DNA of 64,000 nt from Flavobacterium sp. (GCF_031363805.1 NZ_JANLVD010000019.1:2050-66049); one strand, 5' to 3'. Shown: positions 1-9,364, numbered from the stretch's first letter. The notes: generated by a model not told the origin, from the letters alone. Numbers and translations are program-made.

Positions 1-381
1 TCTAATTTGCAAGGAAAAGTAAAACGAATATTTAGTAAGTCAAAACAGGCGGTTTTATTTTATTATCAAATCTTAAATTCTGAAAATGCATATAGCAAAA
101 TGATTGAAACTATATGTTCATACACAAATTATGATTTACTTTTTGAGTATAAAGAAGAAATGTACTTAACAGATAAACTAGCCTTTTTAATCAATTTAAC
201 AGATATTGAAAGTAAATGGTATAGTTCCAAAACAATAAATGTTGAATACAGAGAAAAGTTAATATTATGGATTTTAGAACGATACGAAACAATTATTATT
301 GAAACCTTTTTGAAAGGAAAAACAAGATACGGCAATAGTATTTTTTATGAAGAATTTGTAAAAGTTATTCAAGCTAAATAA
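1..381 (+). CDS. Hypothetical protein, 3' part (frame open from window start)
   Basis: Frame is open from base 1 to TAA at 379-381, 4 nt before radC. No motif recognised. Confidence 0.5.
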   Translation, partial: SNLQGKVKRIFSKSKQAVLFYYQILNSENAYSKMIETICSYTNYDLLFEYKEEMYLTDKLAFLINLTDIESKWYSSKTINVEYREKLILWILERYETIIIETFLKGKTRYGNSIFYEEFVKVIQAK

Positions 382-385
382 TATT

Positions 386-1075
386 ATGGAACAAAACCTT
401 ACTATAAAAAATTGGGCTGAAGACGACCAGCCTCGCGAAAAACTAATGCTAAAAGGCAAACAGGTTTTGAGCGATGCCGAATTAATTGCCATTCTTATTG
501 GTTCTGGAAGTCGAAACGAAAGTGCCGTGGAATTATCCAAACGAATTCTAGCCAGCGTTGATAATAACCTAAATGTTTTAGGCAAAATGTCCATTCAGCA
601 GTTAATGACTTTCAAAGGAATAGGCGAAGCCAAAGCCATTTCGATTATTGCCGCTACAGAACTTGGACGACGCCGAAAAGATGAAGAAGTGGTCGAACTT
701 AAAAAAATCACTTCTTCCAAAGCAGTTTTTGATGTAATGCAACCTATTATTGGCGAATTGCCTCACGAGGAATTTTGGGTTTTATACCTTAATAATGCCA
801 ACAAAGTTATTTATAAATCACAAATCAGCAAAGGTGGAATTACTGGAACTGTAGTCGATGTTCGAATTGTTTTTAAAATTGCATTCGAACAAAATGCAGT
901 TGGAATTATACTCACACACAATCATCCGTCAGGAAAATTGGAAGCCAGCGATGCCGATAAAACTTTGACTAGAGAATTAAAATTAGCTGGAAATCAGCTC
1001 TCTATTTCGGTTTTGGATCACATTATTATTACTGAAAATGGCTATTTTAGTTTCCAAGATGAAAATATATTCTAA
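386..1075 (+). CDS. radC: RadC-family JAB/MPN domain protein
   Basis: N-terminal PREKL..KG...LSDAELIAILIGSG, HhH GIGEAKA, JAB motif HNHPSG...S..D and LDHII. Confidence 0.93.
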   Translation: MEQNLTIKNWAEDDQPREKLMLKGKQVLSDAELIAILIGSGSRNESAVELSKRILASVDNNLNVLGKMSIQQLMTFKGIGEAKAISIIAATELGRRRKDEEVVELKKITSSKAVFDVMQPIIGELPHEEFWVLYLNNANKVIYKSQISKGGITGTVVDVRIVFKIAFEQNAVGIILTHNHPSGKLEASDADKTLTRELKLAGNQLSISVLDHIIITENGYFSFQDENIF

Positions 1076-1079
1076 AGTA

Positions 1080-1111
1080 TTTGGTTTGAATAGACAAATG
1101 TCTTATTTTTG
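1080..1111 (+). promoter_or_regulatory. Bacteroidota sigma70 promoter of the TA operon
   Basis: TTTG (1080-1083), 20 nt spacer, TATTTTTG (1104-1111), matching TTTG-N19-21-TAnnTTTG. Confidence 0.65.
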
Positions 1112-1124
1112 TAGACAAATGTCT
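1092..1124. promoter_or_regulatory. Twin palindromic operator AGACA-AA-TGTCT
   Basis: Identical 12-mers at 1092-1103 and 1113-1124, 21 bp apart, flanking the -7 box. Confidence 0.65.
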
Positions 1125-1129
1125 TTATT

Positions 1130-1633
1130 ATGGAAGCAATCAAATTAAATCAGACTGTTCAACTTGACAAAGCTGTTCGCGTTTATGTTACTAAAGTCGA
1201 AAAAGAAAGTGGTTACAAATTAATCAATAAAAACATTACTTACAACGATTTTTTTAAAAACCGTATGCTTTTGGTTCATGCCATTCGAGAAGGTGTTTCG
1301 TTCGATTTTTTTAGTTTGATTAAAGAAAAAACCCCATTCAATGACGAAGATTGGGCTGGTTTTTTAGGAATTTCCACAAAATCTTTACAAAGAAATAAAG
1401 CCAAAGAAAGTTTTGTTTTCAAACCAATCCAATCCGAAAAAATATTTGAACTGGCAGAAGTGACCAATCTAGGAAATGAAGTTTTTGATGATGAAAGTTC
1501 TTTTTATTCTTGGTTAAACGCACCGTCATTTGCTTTGGGAAATTTAAAACCTATGGAACTACTCAAAGATTCTTATGGGAAAGAAATGGTTCTAGGCGAA
1601 TTATACAAAATTGATCAAGGTATTTTTATATAA
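1130..1633 (+). CDS. Type II antitoxin, Xre/MbcA/ParS family
   Basis: HTH-like segment (DWAGFLGISTKSLQR), C-terminal WLNAPSFALGNLKPMELL..SYG typical of the MbcA/ParS toxin-binding domain. Overlaps the RES gene by 1 nt. Confidence 0.88.
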   Translation: MEAIKLNQTVQLDKAVRVYVTKVEKESGYKLINKNITYNDFFKNRMLLVHAIREGVSFDFFSLIKEKTPFNDEDWAGFLGISTKSLQRNKAKESFVFKPIQSEKIFELAEVTNLGNEVFDDESSFYSWLNAPSFALGNLKPMELLKDSYGKEMVLGELYKIDQGIFI

Positions 1634-2091
1634 TGGAAGTTTTTAGATTGGCCAGAAAAAAATATCCAATCGAACTTTCGGGAAAAGGCGCTTCCATGTT
1701 TGGTGCCAGATGGAATTTTAAAGGAACCGAAATTATTTATACAGCACAAAGTAGGGCATTGGCAATGGCGGAAGTGGTTGTTCATCTTTCGCTTGCCACT
1801 TTACCAAAAGACTTTGTGATGCTAACAGTTGATGTTCCAGAGAGCATTCCAATTGAATTTCTAGATGAAAAAAAACTCCCAAAAGGTTGGAATGTTTTTC
1901 CGCATAGCTTCACCACACAATTATTGGGTGAAGATTTTATAAAAAGGAATGAAGCTTGCATACTAAAAGTGCCATCGGCTGTGGTAAAAGGCGATTATAA
2001 TTTGCTAATCAATCCGTATCACGAAGATTTTAAACAAATAAAAATTATAGATCAAGTCGATTTTCCTTTCGATAAAAGAATTTTTGGGTAA
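1633..2091 (+). CDS. RES-domain toxin (NAD+-targeting family)
   Basis: FRL...SGKGA..FGARWN..G..IIYTAQSRALAMAEVVVH, VPSAVV...YNLLINPYH. Confidence 0.9.
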   Translation: MEVFRLARKKYPIELSGKGASMFGARWNFKGTEIIYTAQSRALAMAEVVVHLSLATLPKDFVMLTVDVPESIPIEFLDEKKLPKGWNVFPHSFTTQLLGEDFIKRNEACILKVPSAVVKGDYNLLINPYHEDFKQIKIIDQVDFPFDKRIFG

Positions 2092-2116
2092 TACTTTAAC
2101 TTTACAGTTTTTTTTT

Positions 2117-2245
2117 ACCACATAGAATTTAGAAAATAAGACTTTCATAGCATAAAAAATAAATTTTTCACATAGCTATGTCAACTAAAATCGAGCGAAG
2201 CGACTTTTTTATCACTATACGCTATGAATCTATGTATTAAAAAAT
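2117..2245. repeat. CATAG/CTATG inverted-repeat intergenic element
   Basis: ACCACATAGAAT at the left, central palindrome ACATAGCTATGT (2170-2181), CTATGAATCTATGT at the right. Confidence 0.5.
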
Positions 2246-2328
2246 AGAAATATACTATTAAGTGAGTTGAGGTTTTAAGAATTTATTTGTTTTTGAATCA
2301 CTATCTTGCTTCAAGATTAAAAGTAAAA

Positions 2329-2958
2329 ATGATTACCACCAAAAAAATTGCATTTTCTTATCCAAATGGCGAAACTTTTCAGTTTCCTGATTTGCACTGT
2401 GAAGCGTCAAATACCGTTTTAATTACTGGAAATTCAGGCAAAGGTAAAACTACTTATTTGCATCTTTTGGCAGGATTGTTAAAATCAAAATCAGGTGAAA
2501 TTGTTATCAATGAAGTCAATATAAATTCGATTTCAAATAAAAGTAAAGATCAATTTCGAGGTCAAAATATTGGCATTGTTTTTCAGAAATCCCATTTTAT
2601 TGCATCACTTTCCGTTTTAGAAAATATAGAAATGGCAAGTTGGTTGGCTTTTGGAAACAAAAATACCAGTAAAGCAAAAAAGCTTTTGCAAGAATTAGAT
2701 TTATTAGAATTTCAAAACAAATTACCTTCTCAATTAAGTGTTGGTCAGCAACAAAGAGCTTCCATTGCTCGAGCATTAATCAACGAACCCAAGGTGCTTT
2801 TGGCAGATGAACCCACTTCAAGTTTAGACGATGAAAATGCTTTTAAAGTAGCCAATTTATTAGAAAAACTGACCAAAGAATACAACGCAGCCTTGGTAAT
2901 TGTGACACATGATTTGCGATTAAAAAATAAATTCCCGAACCAAATAAATTTAATTTAA
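2329..2958 (+). CDS. ABC transporter ATP-binding protein (LolD/MacB-like)
   Basis: Walker A GNSGKGKT, signature LSVGQQQR, Walker B LLADEPT, H-loop VTHD. ATG 2329 preferred over TTG 2287. Confidence 0.92.
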   Translation: MITTKKIAFSYPNGETFQFPDLHCEASNTVLITGNSGKGKTTYLHLLAGLLKSKSGEIVINEVNINSISNKSKDQFRGQNIGIVFQKSHFIASLSVLENIEMASWLAFGNKNTSKAKKLLQELDLLEFQNKLPSQLSVGQQQRASIARALINEPKVLLADEPTSSLDDENAFKVANLLEKLTKEYNAALVIVTHDLRLKNKFPNQINLI

Positions 2959-2963
2959 TCAAA

Positions 2964-4160
2964 ATGATTTTAAAATTGGCTTGGCGCAACATTTGGTTCA
3001 AACCACTCAATACTATTTTGAGTATTATTTTATTGGCTTCGAGTGTAGCCATTATTACGGTTTTAATATTGTTGCAAAAACAATTTGAAGACCAGTTTTC
3101 TAAAAATGCAGACAATATAGATTTGGTTTTGGGAGCCAAAGGAAGTCCGTTGCAATTGGTTTTATCTTCTGTTTATCAAGTAGATGCTCCAACAGGAAAT
3201 ATAAATTTTAAAGAAGCGCAAACTTGGATGAAAAATCCGTTTGTAAAAACCGCAATTCCACTTGCTTTTGGCGATAATTATTTAGGTTTTAAGATTGTTG
3301 GCACAACACCAACATATTTAAATCAGTTTAACTCAAAAATTCAATCAGGAAAAATTTTTGATAAAAATTTTGAAGTAGTTATAGGAAGTGAAATTGCCAA
3401 AAAGTTAAATATAAAGATTGGAGACTCTTTTTTTGGTTCTCACGGCGATGCTAAAGAAGGCGAGAAGCACGAAGAAAATAAATATATCGTGGTCGGAATT
3501 GCATCTGCAACAGGAAAAGTAATCGATAATTTAATTCTTTCCAATATAGAAAGTGTTTGGGCAATGCATAATGAAAATGATCACGAACACGAAGCGGAAA
3601 ATCATGAAGAAGACAAAGAAATTACGGCTGTTTTACTTAAATTTAGAAATAAAATGGGCATTGTGCTTTGGCCAAGATTAATAGCACAAAACACCCAAAT
3701 GCAAGCGGCTTCGCCAGCCATAGAGATTAATAGATTGTTTAGTTTATTCGGAATTGGATTGCAGGCATTGCAATATTTGGCTTTTGGGATAATGTTTATT
3801 TCAGGAATTAGTATTTTTGTGGCTTTGTATAACAGTTTAAAAGAAAGAAAATATGAATTTGCCATACTTCGCGTGAATGGTGCAAGTAGAATTCAATTAT
3901 TGACCTTGGTACTTATAGAAAGTTTGGTTTTGTGTTTCATAGGATATATTTTTGGAACAATTATTGGTAGAATAGCTTTGGTGTTTATATCAAAATCATC
4001 AGAAAATGAATTTAAAATGACATTCAATCCATTAGAGTTTGTGTGGAATCTGGAAGGAATTTTAGTATTAGTCACTATATTTGTAGGCGTTTTGGCAGCA
4101 TTAATTCCTGCCTTAAAAGCGTATACAATGAATATTTCAAAAACATTAGCCAATGCATAA
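2964..4160 (+). CDS. FtsX/MacB-type ABC permease with His/Glu-rich periplasmic loops
   Basis: LAWRNIW start, 4 TM segments, ERKYEFAILRVNGAS motif, His-rich HNENDHEHEAENHEED. Confidence 0.88.
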   Translation: MILKLAWRNIWFKPLNTILSIILLASSVAIITVLILLQKQFEDQFSKNADNIDLVLGAKGSPLQLVLSSVYQVDAPTGNINFKEAQTWMKNPFVKTAIPLAFGDNYLGFKIVGTTPTYLNQFNSKIQSGKIFDKNFEVVIGSEIAKKLNIKIGDSFFGSHGDAKEGEKHEENKYIVVGIASATGKVIDNLILSNIESVWAMHNENDHEHEAENHEEDKEITAVLLKFRNKMGIVLWPRLIAQNTQMQAASPAIEINRLFSLFGIGLQALQYLAFGIMFISGISIFVALYNSLKERKYEFAILRVNGASRIQLLTLVLIESLVLCFIGYIFGTIIGRIALVFISKSSENEFKMTFNPLEFVWNLEGILVLVTIFVGVLAALIPALKAYTMNISKTLANA

Positions 4161-4635
4161 TTTAAAATATATTGTAATATTTATATTTTTAGGATTATTG
4201 TCTTTTCAATCTAAAAAAATTGAAAATAAAACGATAATCGAGAAACAAAACAAAATGATCTCAGATTCCTTAAATTGGAAAATTTTGGGTCAAATTAAAT
4301 TCATCAAAAAGAAACACAAAGACTACGGAGAAATTGATTTCCCTGTGATAAATGAAATTTTGAAGAAAAAAAGTGGCAAAAAAATCTTAATGTCAGGTTT
4401 TATTGTTCCAATAGACAATGTGAATTATGCGCTGAGTAAAAATGTATTTGCTTCATGTTTTTTTTGTGGAAAAGCTGGGCCAGAAACTATTATGGGAATC
4501 AAGTTTAAAGCTGGAAAAATGAAACTCAAAACCGATCAATACGTCACACTAGAAGGCAATTTTAGAGTGAATGAAAACAATGTGGAAGACTGGATTTACC
4601 ATATTGAAGATGCAGTAATTGTAAAAGGAAATTAA
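4153..4635 (+). CDS. DUF3299-like protein (ZrgD-like)
   Basis: Signal/TM N-terminus, GFIVPID and SCFFCG motif. Overlaps the permease stop. Confidence 0.6.
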   Translation: MHNLKYIVIFIFLGLLSFQSKKIENKTIIEKQNKMISDSLNWKILGQIKFIKKKHKDYGEIDFPVINEILKKKSGKKILMSGFIVPIDNVNYALSKNVFASCFFCGKAGPETIMGIKFKAGKMKLKTDQYVTLEGNFRVNENNVEDWIYHIEDAVIVKGN

Positions 4636-4636
4636 A

Positions 4637-5323
4637 ATGTATTCGAATATTAAGCATATTTTCTTCGATTTAGACCACACACTTTGGGATTTTGATAAAA
4701 ATTCTGGATTCGCTTTTGAAAGAATTTTCAATGAAAATAAAATCGACATCAATCTGAAAGATTTTTTGCATTATTACATTCCGACCAATGTGAAATATTG
4801 GGAAATGTATCGTAAAGATGAAATTACACAGTCTGAACTTCGTTATGGACGCTTAAAAGAAACTTTCGATTTGATAGATTATAAAACGGATCAATCAACT
4901 ATAGATTTTTTTTCGCATCAATATATTGAATACTTGCCAAAGTTTACTGAATTATTTGACGGAGCCATTGAAACGTTGGATTATTTAAGTTCGAAATACA
5001 ACTTGCATATTATAACCAATGGTTTTCATGATGTTCAGGATAAAAAAATGGGCAATTCAAATATCAAACATTATTTTAAAACCATTACCAATTCTGAAAT
5101 GGCTGGTGTAAAAAAACCAAATCCTATTATTTTTGAACATGCTTTGCAAAAAGCAGTTGCCAAAAAAGAAGAAAGCATCATGATTGGCGATTGTTTGGAA
5201 GCAGATGTAAATGGCGCATTAAATTTTGGAATCAAGGCGCTTTTTTTTAATTCAAATAAAATAGAAATCAATCCAAATATTCATCAAATAAATACATTAA
5301 TCGAACTCAAAAAAATATTTTAA
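4637..5323 (+). CDS. yjjG: YjjG-family HAD nucleotidase
   Basis: FFDLDHTLWD motif I, IITNGF, KKPNP.IF, MIGDCLEADVNGA. Confidence 0.88.
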   Translation: MYSNIKHIFFDLDHTLWDFDKNSGFAFERIFNENKIDINLKDFLHYYIPTNVKYWEMYRKDEITQSELRYGRLKETFDLIDYKTDQSTIDFFSHQYIEYLPKFTELFDGAIETLDYLSSKYNLHIITNGFHDVQDKKMGNSNIKHYFKTITNSEMAGVKKPNPIIFEHALQKAVAKKEESIMIGDCLEADVNGALNFGIKALFFNSNKIEINPNIHQINTLIELKKIF

Positions 5324-5324
5324 A

Positions 5325-6038
5325 ATGAAAATATATACTTTTATATTATTGTTGGTTTCAAGTGTAACATTTGCTCAAGCATCGTTAAATAATTATAAAT
5401 ACGCTATTCTTCCATCAAAATTTAAATTTCAAAAAGAGAAAAACCAATACAGAATAAATGCAACTACCAAAGCTTTTTTTGAACAAAAAGGGTTGAAGGT
5501 TTTTTATGATGATGAAGCTTTGACACAAGATTTAGCAAACAATAATTGCAGTAAAGTGTACATTAATATTGATGAAAATAATAATATGTTCACCACCAAA
5601 TTAATAGTTAGTGTAATAGATTGTCAAAATAATGCTTTGTTAACTTCAAAAGAAGGAAGTAGTAGAATAAAAGAATATGCCCCAGCTTATAATGAAGCTT
5701 TGCAGATAGCTTTGAAATCTATTCAGGATTTTATTTACCAATATAAAGCCAAAACAGAACAGCCAAATTCAGCGATAATTACTACTTCAAAAGCTGAAGC
5801 TAAAACAGATAATTCAATTCAAGCTTACTCTGAAATGCAGACTTCCAGTAATGGATTTAATTTTTTGCACAGTAAAACCAAAGCTGTTTTAAATTTAATG
5901 AAAACTACAAATCCAAATTATTTTATTGCAAAATCTGATAATAAAATGGGTATAGTTTTTCAAAAGGATCAAGGCTGGTTTTTTGAATATTATATAAACC
6001 AAAAATTAATTTCTGAACAAATTGAACTTAAGTTTTAG
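5325..6038 (+). CDS. Secreted hypothetical protein
   Basis: Sec signal ending TFA-Q; 1-nt gap after yjjG. Confidence 0.75.
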   Translation: MKIYTFILLLVSSVTFAQASLNNYKYAILPSKFKFQKEKNQYRINATTKAFFEQKGLKVFYDDEALTQDLANNNCSKVYINIDENNNMFTTKLIVSVIDCQNNALLTSKEGSSRIKEYAPAYNEALQIALKSIQDFIYQYKAKTEQPNSAIITTSKAEAKTDNSIQAYSEMQTSSNGFNFLHSKTKAVLNLMKTTNPNYFIAKSDNKMGIVFQKDQGWFFEYYINQKLISEQIELKF

Positions 6039-6106
6039 TAGTCAGTGGTCAGTTTACAGGGGAATTGATTAAATTTTTAATTCGTAATTCGTAATTCGAA
6101 ATTCTC

Positions 6107-7384
6107 TCAATATCCATATTTATCTTTCCATCGGTTTTTTAAAAATTCTCGGGTTCCATTTTCTCGGGAATTATTACCAGGATTATAAAAAACAGTTTTT
6201 GAAATTTCATCAGGTAAAAACTCTTGTTCAGTAAAATTATTGCTAAAATCATGAGAATATTTGTACTCATCGCCATAACCCAATTCCTTCATTAATTTTG
6301 TTGGCGCATTTCGCAAATGAATAGGAACAGGCAAATCGCCAGTTTGTTTCACTATTTTTTGAGCTTCGCCAATGGCCAAATAACTCGCATTACTTTTGGG
6401 AGAAGTAGCCAAATAAACTGCACATTGACTTAAAATAATTCGGCTTTCAGGATAACCAATTGTTGTTACGGCCTGAAAAGTATTGTTCGCCATAATAAAA
6501 GCTGTCGGATTGGCATTGCCAATATCTTCACTGGATAAAATAAGCATTCTTCTTGCAATAAACTTAACATCTTCGCCACCTTCAATCATTCTAGCCAGCC
6601 AATATACTGCGCCATTTGGGTCGCTCCCACGAATAGATTTTATAAATGCTGAAACAATATCATAATGTTGTTCTCCTGTTTTATCATATAAAACAGTATT
6701 TTTTTGAACCAGTTGCATTACTTTTTCATTGGTAATTTCAACCGAATCGCTATCGGTAGCATTGACAACCAATTCAAAAATGTTTAATAGTTTTCTGCCA
6801 TCGCCACCTGAAAGCCGCAGCAAGGCTTCCGTTTCAACCAATTGAATATTTTTAGTTTTCAAAAATGCATCAGTAGTCATAGCGCGATTTAAAAGTGCTT
6901 CTAAATCTTCTTTAGAAAATGCATTCAAAACATACACCTGACATCTTGACAATAATGCAGGAATAACCTCAAAACTCGGATTTTCTGTTGTGGCGCCAAT
7001 CAAAGTGATGATGCCTTTTTCCACTGCAGCCAACAACGAATCTTGCTGCGATTTGCTAAATCGATGAATCTCATCAATAAATAAAATTGGATTTTTGGCG
7101 GTGAATAATCCGCCACTTTGCTTTGCTTTATCAATGACATCACGAATGTCTTTTACGCCAGAATTTATGGCACTTAAAATGTAAAATGGGCGTTTGGATT
7201 CTTGTGCAATAATTTGTGCCAACGTAGTTTTTCCAGTACCTGGCGGACCCCAAAAAATTAATGATGGAATAATTCCTTTGGAGATTTGATGCGTCAACGA
7301 ACCATTTTCGCCTACCAAATGCGACTGACTAATATAATCTTGTAAATGTTGCGGACGAATTCGCTCTGCCAAAGGTGCTTCCAA
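6107..7384 (-). CDS. rarA: Replication-associated recombination protein A (MgsA/RarA AAA+ ATPase)
   Basis: PLAERIRP, WGPPGTGKTT, LFIDEIHRFSKSQQD, HYDIVSAFIKSIRGSDP, HLRNAPT. TTG start. Confidence 0.95.
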   Translation of the reverse strand: MEAPLAERIRPQHLQDYISQSHLVGENGSLTHQISKGIIPSLIFWGPPGTGKTTLAQIIAQESKRPFYILSAINSGVKDIRDVIDKAKQSGGLFTAKNPILFIDEIHRFSKSQQDSLLAAVEKGIITLIGATTENPSFEVIPALLSRCQVYVLNAFSKEDLEALLNRAMTTDAFLKTKNIQLVETEALLRLSGGDGRKLLNIFELVVNATDSDSVEITNEKVMQLVQKNTVLYDKTGEQHYDIVSAFIKSIRGSDPNGAVYWLARMIEGGEDVKFIARRMLILSSEDIGNANPTAFIMANNTFQAVTTIGYPESRIILSQCAVYLATSPKSNASYLAIGEAQKIVKQTGDLPVPIHLRNAPTKLMKELGYGDEYKYSHDFSNNFTEQEFLPDEISKTVFYNPGNNSRENGTREFLKNRWKDKYGY

Positions 7385-7436
7385 TTGATTGTTGATTCGG
7401 TTATTTGTTATTTTGGTTATTCGATATAAGAATTTA

Positions 7437-7467
7437 CAAATTTATGACATTTCAGTTTTTAAATCAA
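7437..7467 (-). promoter_or_regulatory. Promoter of rarA
   Basis: On the minus strand TTG (7467-7465), 20 nt, TAAATTTG (7444-7437). Confidence 0.55.
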
Positions 7468-7577
7468 CAAATAATCCAATAACCAAATAAACAATTATGA
7501 CAAAATATCACAAAATTAATTTTGGCTGCATTTTTGAGAATATCTATTATCTTTTAGTCTATCATCTATTATCTACT

Positions 7578-8312
7578 ATGAAGGAAACCGATTTTAAATT
7601 TTCAACATCAGTATTAGCTTGGCCACTTTATGCATTGCTGACTCTTTGGTTGGTATTTGTTTTGGAAATCATTTTTCCAGGCGATTTCTCACATTTTGGA
7701 ATATTGCCAAGAACCGTATCTGGATTAAAAGGAATTGTATTCAGTCCGTTTTTGCATGGCGATATTAAGCATTTGTTCAACAATTCGATACCATTATTTT
7801 TTCTGTTGGCTGCATTGCGGTTTTTTTACAGAGACCAATCGTTTCAAGTTTTGTTTTTTGGAATTGTACTTTCTGGATTAGGAACTTGGTTTATTGGAAG
7901 AGAAAGCTACCATATTGGTGCAAGCGGATTAATATATGTTTTGGTCAGTTTTATTTTCTTTAAAGGAATTAAGTCAAAATATTTTCGATTGGTTGCCTTG
8001 TCACTTGCTATTGTTATAGTTTATGGCGGCATGATTTGGTATATTTTCCCATCAGCCGAACAAGATATTTCTTGGGAAGGTCATTTGTCAGGATTTATTG
8101 CTGGCTATTTTCTAGCTCTTTATACCAAAACGCACGAATACCAAAAACCAATAAGGTATGACTGGGAACATCCAAATTTTGATCCATCGCAAGATGAATT
8201 CATGAAACACTTTGACGAAAATGGAAACTTTGCACCAATCAAGAAAGAACCTGAAACTGAAGAAGAAGAAGATTCTTTTTTTAAAATTAATTATTTTTTT
8301 AAAGAGAAATAA
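7578..8312 (+). CDS. Rhomboid intramembrane serine protease
   Basis: PFLHGDIKHLFNNS, catalytic IGASG, SWEGHLSG. ATG 7578 preferred over 7497. Confidence 0.9.
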   Translation: MKETDFKFSTSVLAWPLYALLTLWLVFVLEIIFPGDFSHFGILPRTVSGLKGIVFSPFLHGDIKHLFNNSIPLFFLLAALRFFYRDQSFQVLFFGIVLSGLGTWFIGRESYHIGASGLIYVLVSFIFFKGIKSKYFRLVALSLAIVIVYGGMIWYIFPSAEQDISWEGHLSGFIAGYFLALYTKTHEYQKPIRYDWEHPNFDPSQDEFMKHFDENGNFAPIKKEPETEEEEDSFFKINYFFKEK

Positions 8313-8456
8313 GTTAAGATGGTAAAAAAATATTTTTTGATTAGAATATTGATACAAATTTATTATCGTTAAATACTAAGTTCAACCCTATAATAATTAA
8401 TTTAAGTTGCTGTTTAATTAAGCTATAATTTAAATCAACTATAGAAGCGGAATATT

Positions 8457-8504
8457 TTTTTTTGAGACAGATTTTAGAAATTTCTAAAATCTGTCTCAAA
8501 AAAA
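8457..8504. terminator. Perfect 48-bp palindrome between convergent genes (bidirectional terminator-like)
   Basis: TTTTTTTGAGACAGATTTTAGAAA|TTTCTAAAATCTGTCTCAAAAAAA, 24-bp arms, no loop. Confidence 0.6.
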
Positions 8505-8629
8505 TGAATATTATGAATCTAGCCTACAATAATTTTCACCACTATTATCAAGTCATTGATTATGATTTGTACAAAAAGATTAACCAGCAACTTGAATTAA
8601 TTGAGATTTAATTTTTATTTCTTTAAAAG

Positions 8630-9364
8630 CTAAGAACGCTGACGAACTGTTTCATACAAAAATGCACCGCAAGCCACCGATACATTCAGTGAACCAATAG
8701 TTCCGAACATAGGTAGTTTCGCTTTTTCATCTACAATTTTTAAAACCGATGGATTTACACCCCGGTCTTCACTTCCCATAACAATAGCAACACCTTCATT
8801 TAGAGAAATGTCATAAATGTTACTTTCTGTCTTTTCTGTGGCAGCAACAGTTTTTATACCCGAGGCTTGTAGCAAAAAAATGGCGTCTTTGATGTGGTCT
8901 ACTTTGCAAATTGGCACATTAAAAACTGCACCTGCAGATGTTTTTACAGTATCACCATTTACAGGGGCAGAACCTTGTTTTTGTACAATAATACCATCCA
9001 CACCTGTGCACTCTGCAGTACGAATAATAGCACCAAAATTTCTAGCGTCAGACAATTGGTCCAATATAAGAAACAAAGGTTTTTTACCACTTTCTACAAC
9101 TTTATCAATCAATTTTTCTAAATCTTGAAATACGATTGGAGCAATTGTTGCCACCGCACCTTGATGGTTATTCGGTGTTAATCGGTTTAATTTTTCAACT
9201 GGAACATAAGAAAAATTGATGCTATTTTTTTTCATTAACTTCAATAGTTCTTGCATCAATTCGCTTTGTGCATCACTTTGAATAAAAACTTTATCAATTT
9301 CTTTTTTAGCATTTATGGCTTCAATAATAGCACGTATTCCAAATATTTGGTTTTCTTTTTCCAT
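8630..9364 (-). CDS. rlmB: 23S rRNA (G2251-2'-O)-methyltransferase, SPOUT family
   Basis: NHQGAVA, LDQLSDARNFGAIIRTAECTG, MGSEDRG, SLNVSVACG. Start MEKENQ at 9364. Confidence 0.92.
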   Translation of the reverse strand: MEKENQIFGIRAIIEAINAKKEIDKVFIQSDAQSELMQELLKLMKKNSINFSYVPVEKLNRLTPNNHQGAVATIAPIVFQDLEKLIDKVVESGKKPLFLILDQLSDARNFGAIIRTAECTGVDGIIVQKQGSAPVNGDTVKTSAGAVFNVPICKVDHIKDAIFLLQASGIKTVAATEKTESNIYDISLNEGVAIVMGSEDRGVNPSVLKIVDEKAKLPMFGTIGSLNVSVACGAFLYETVRQRS

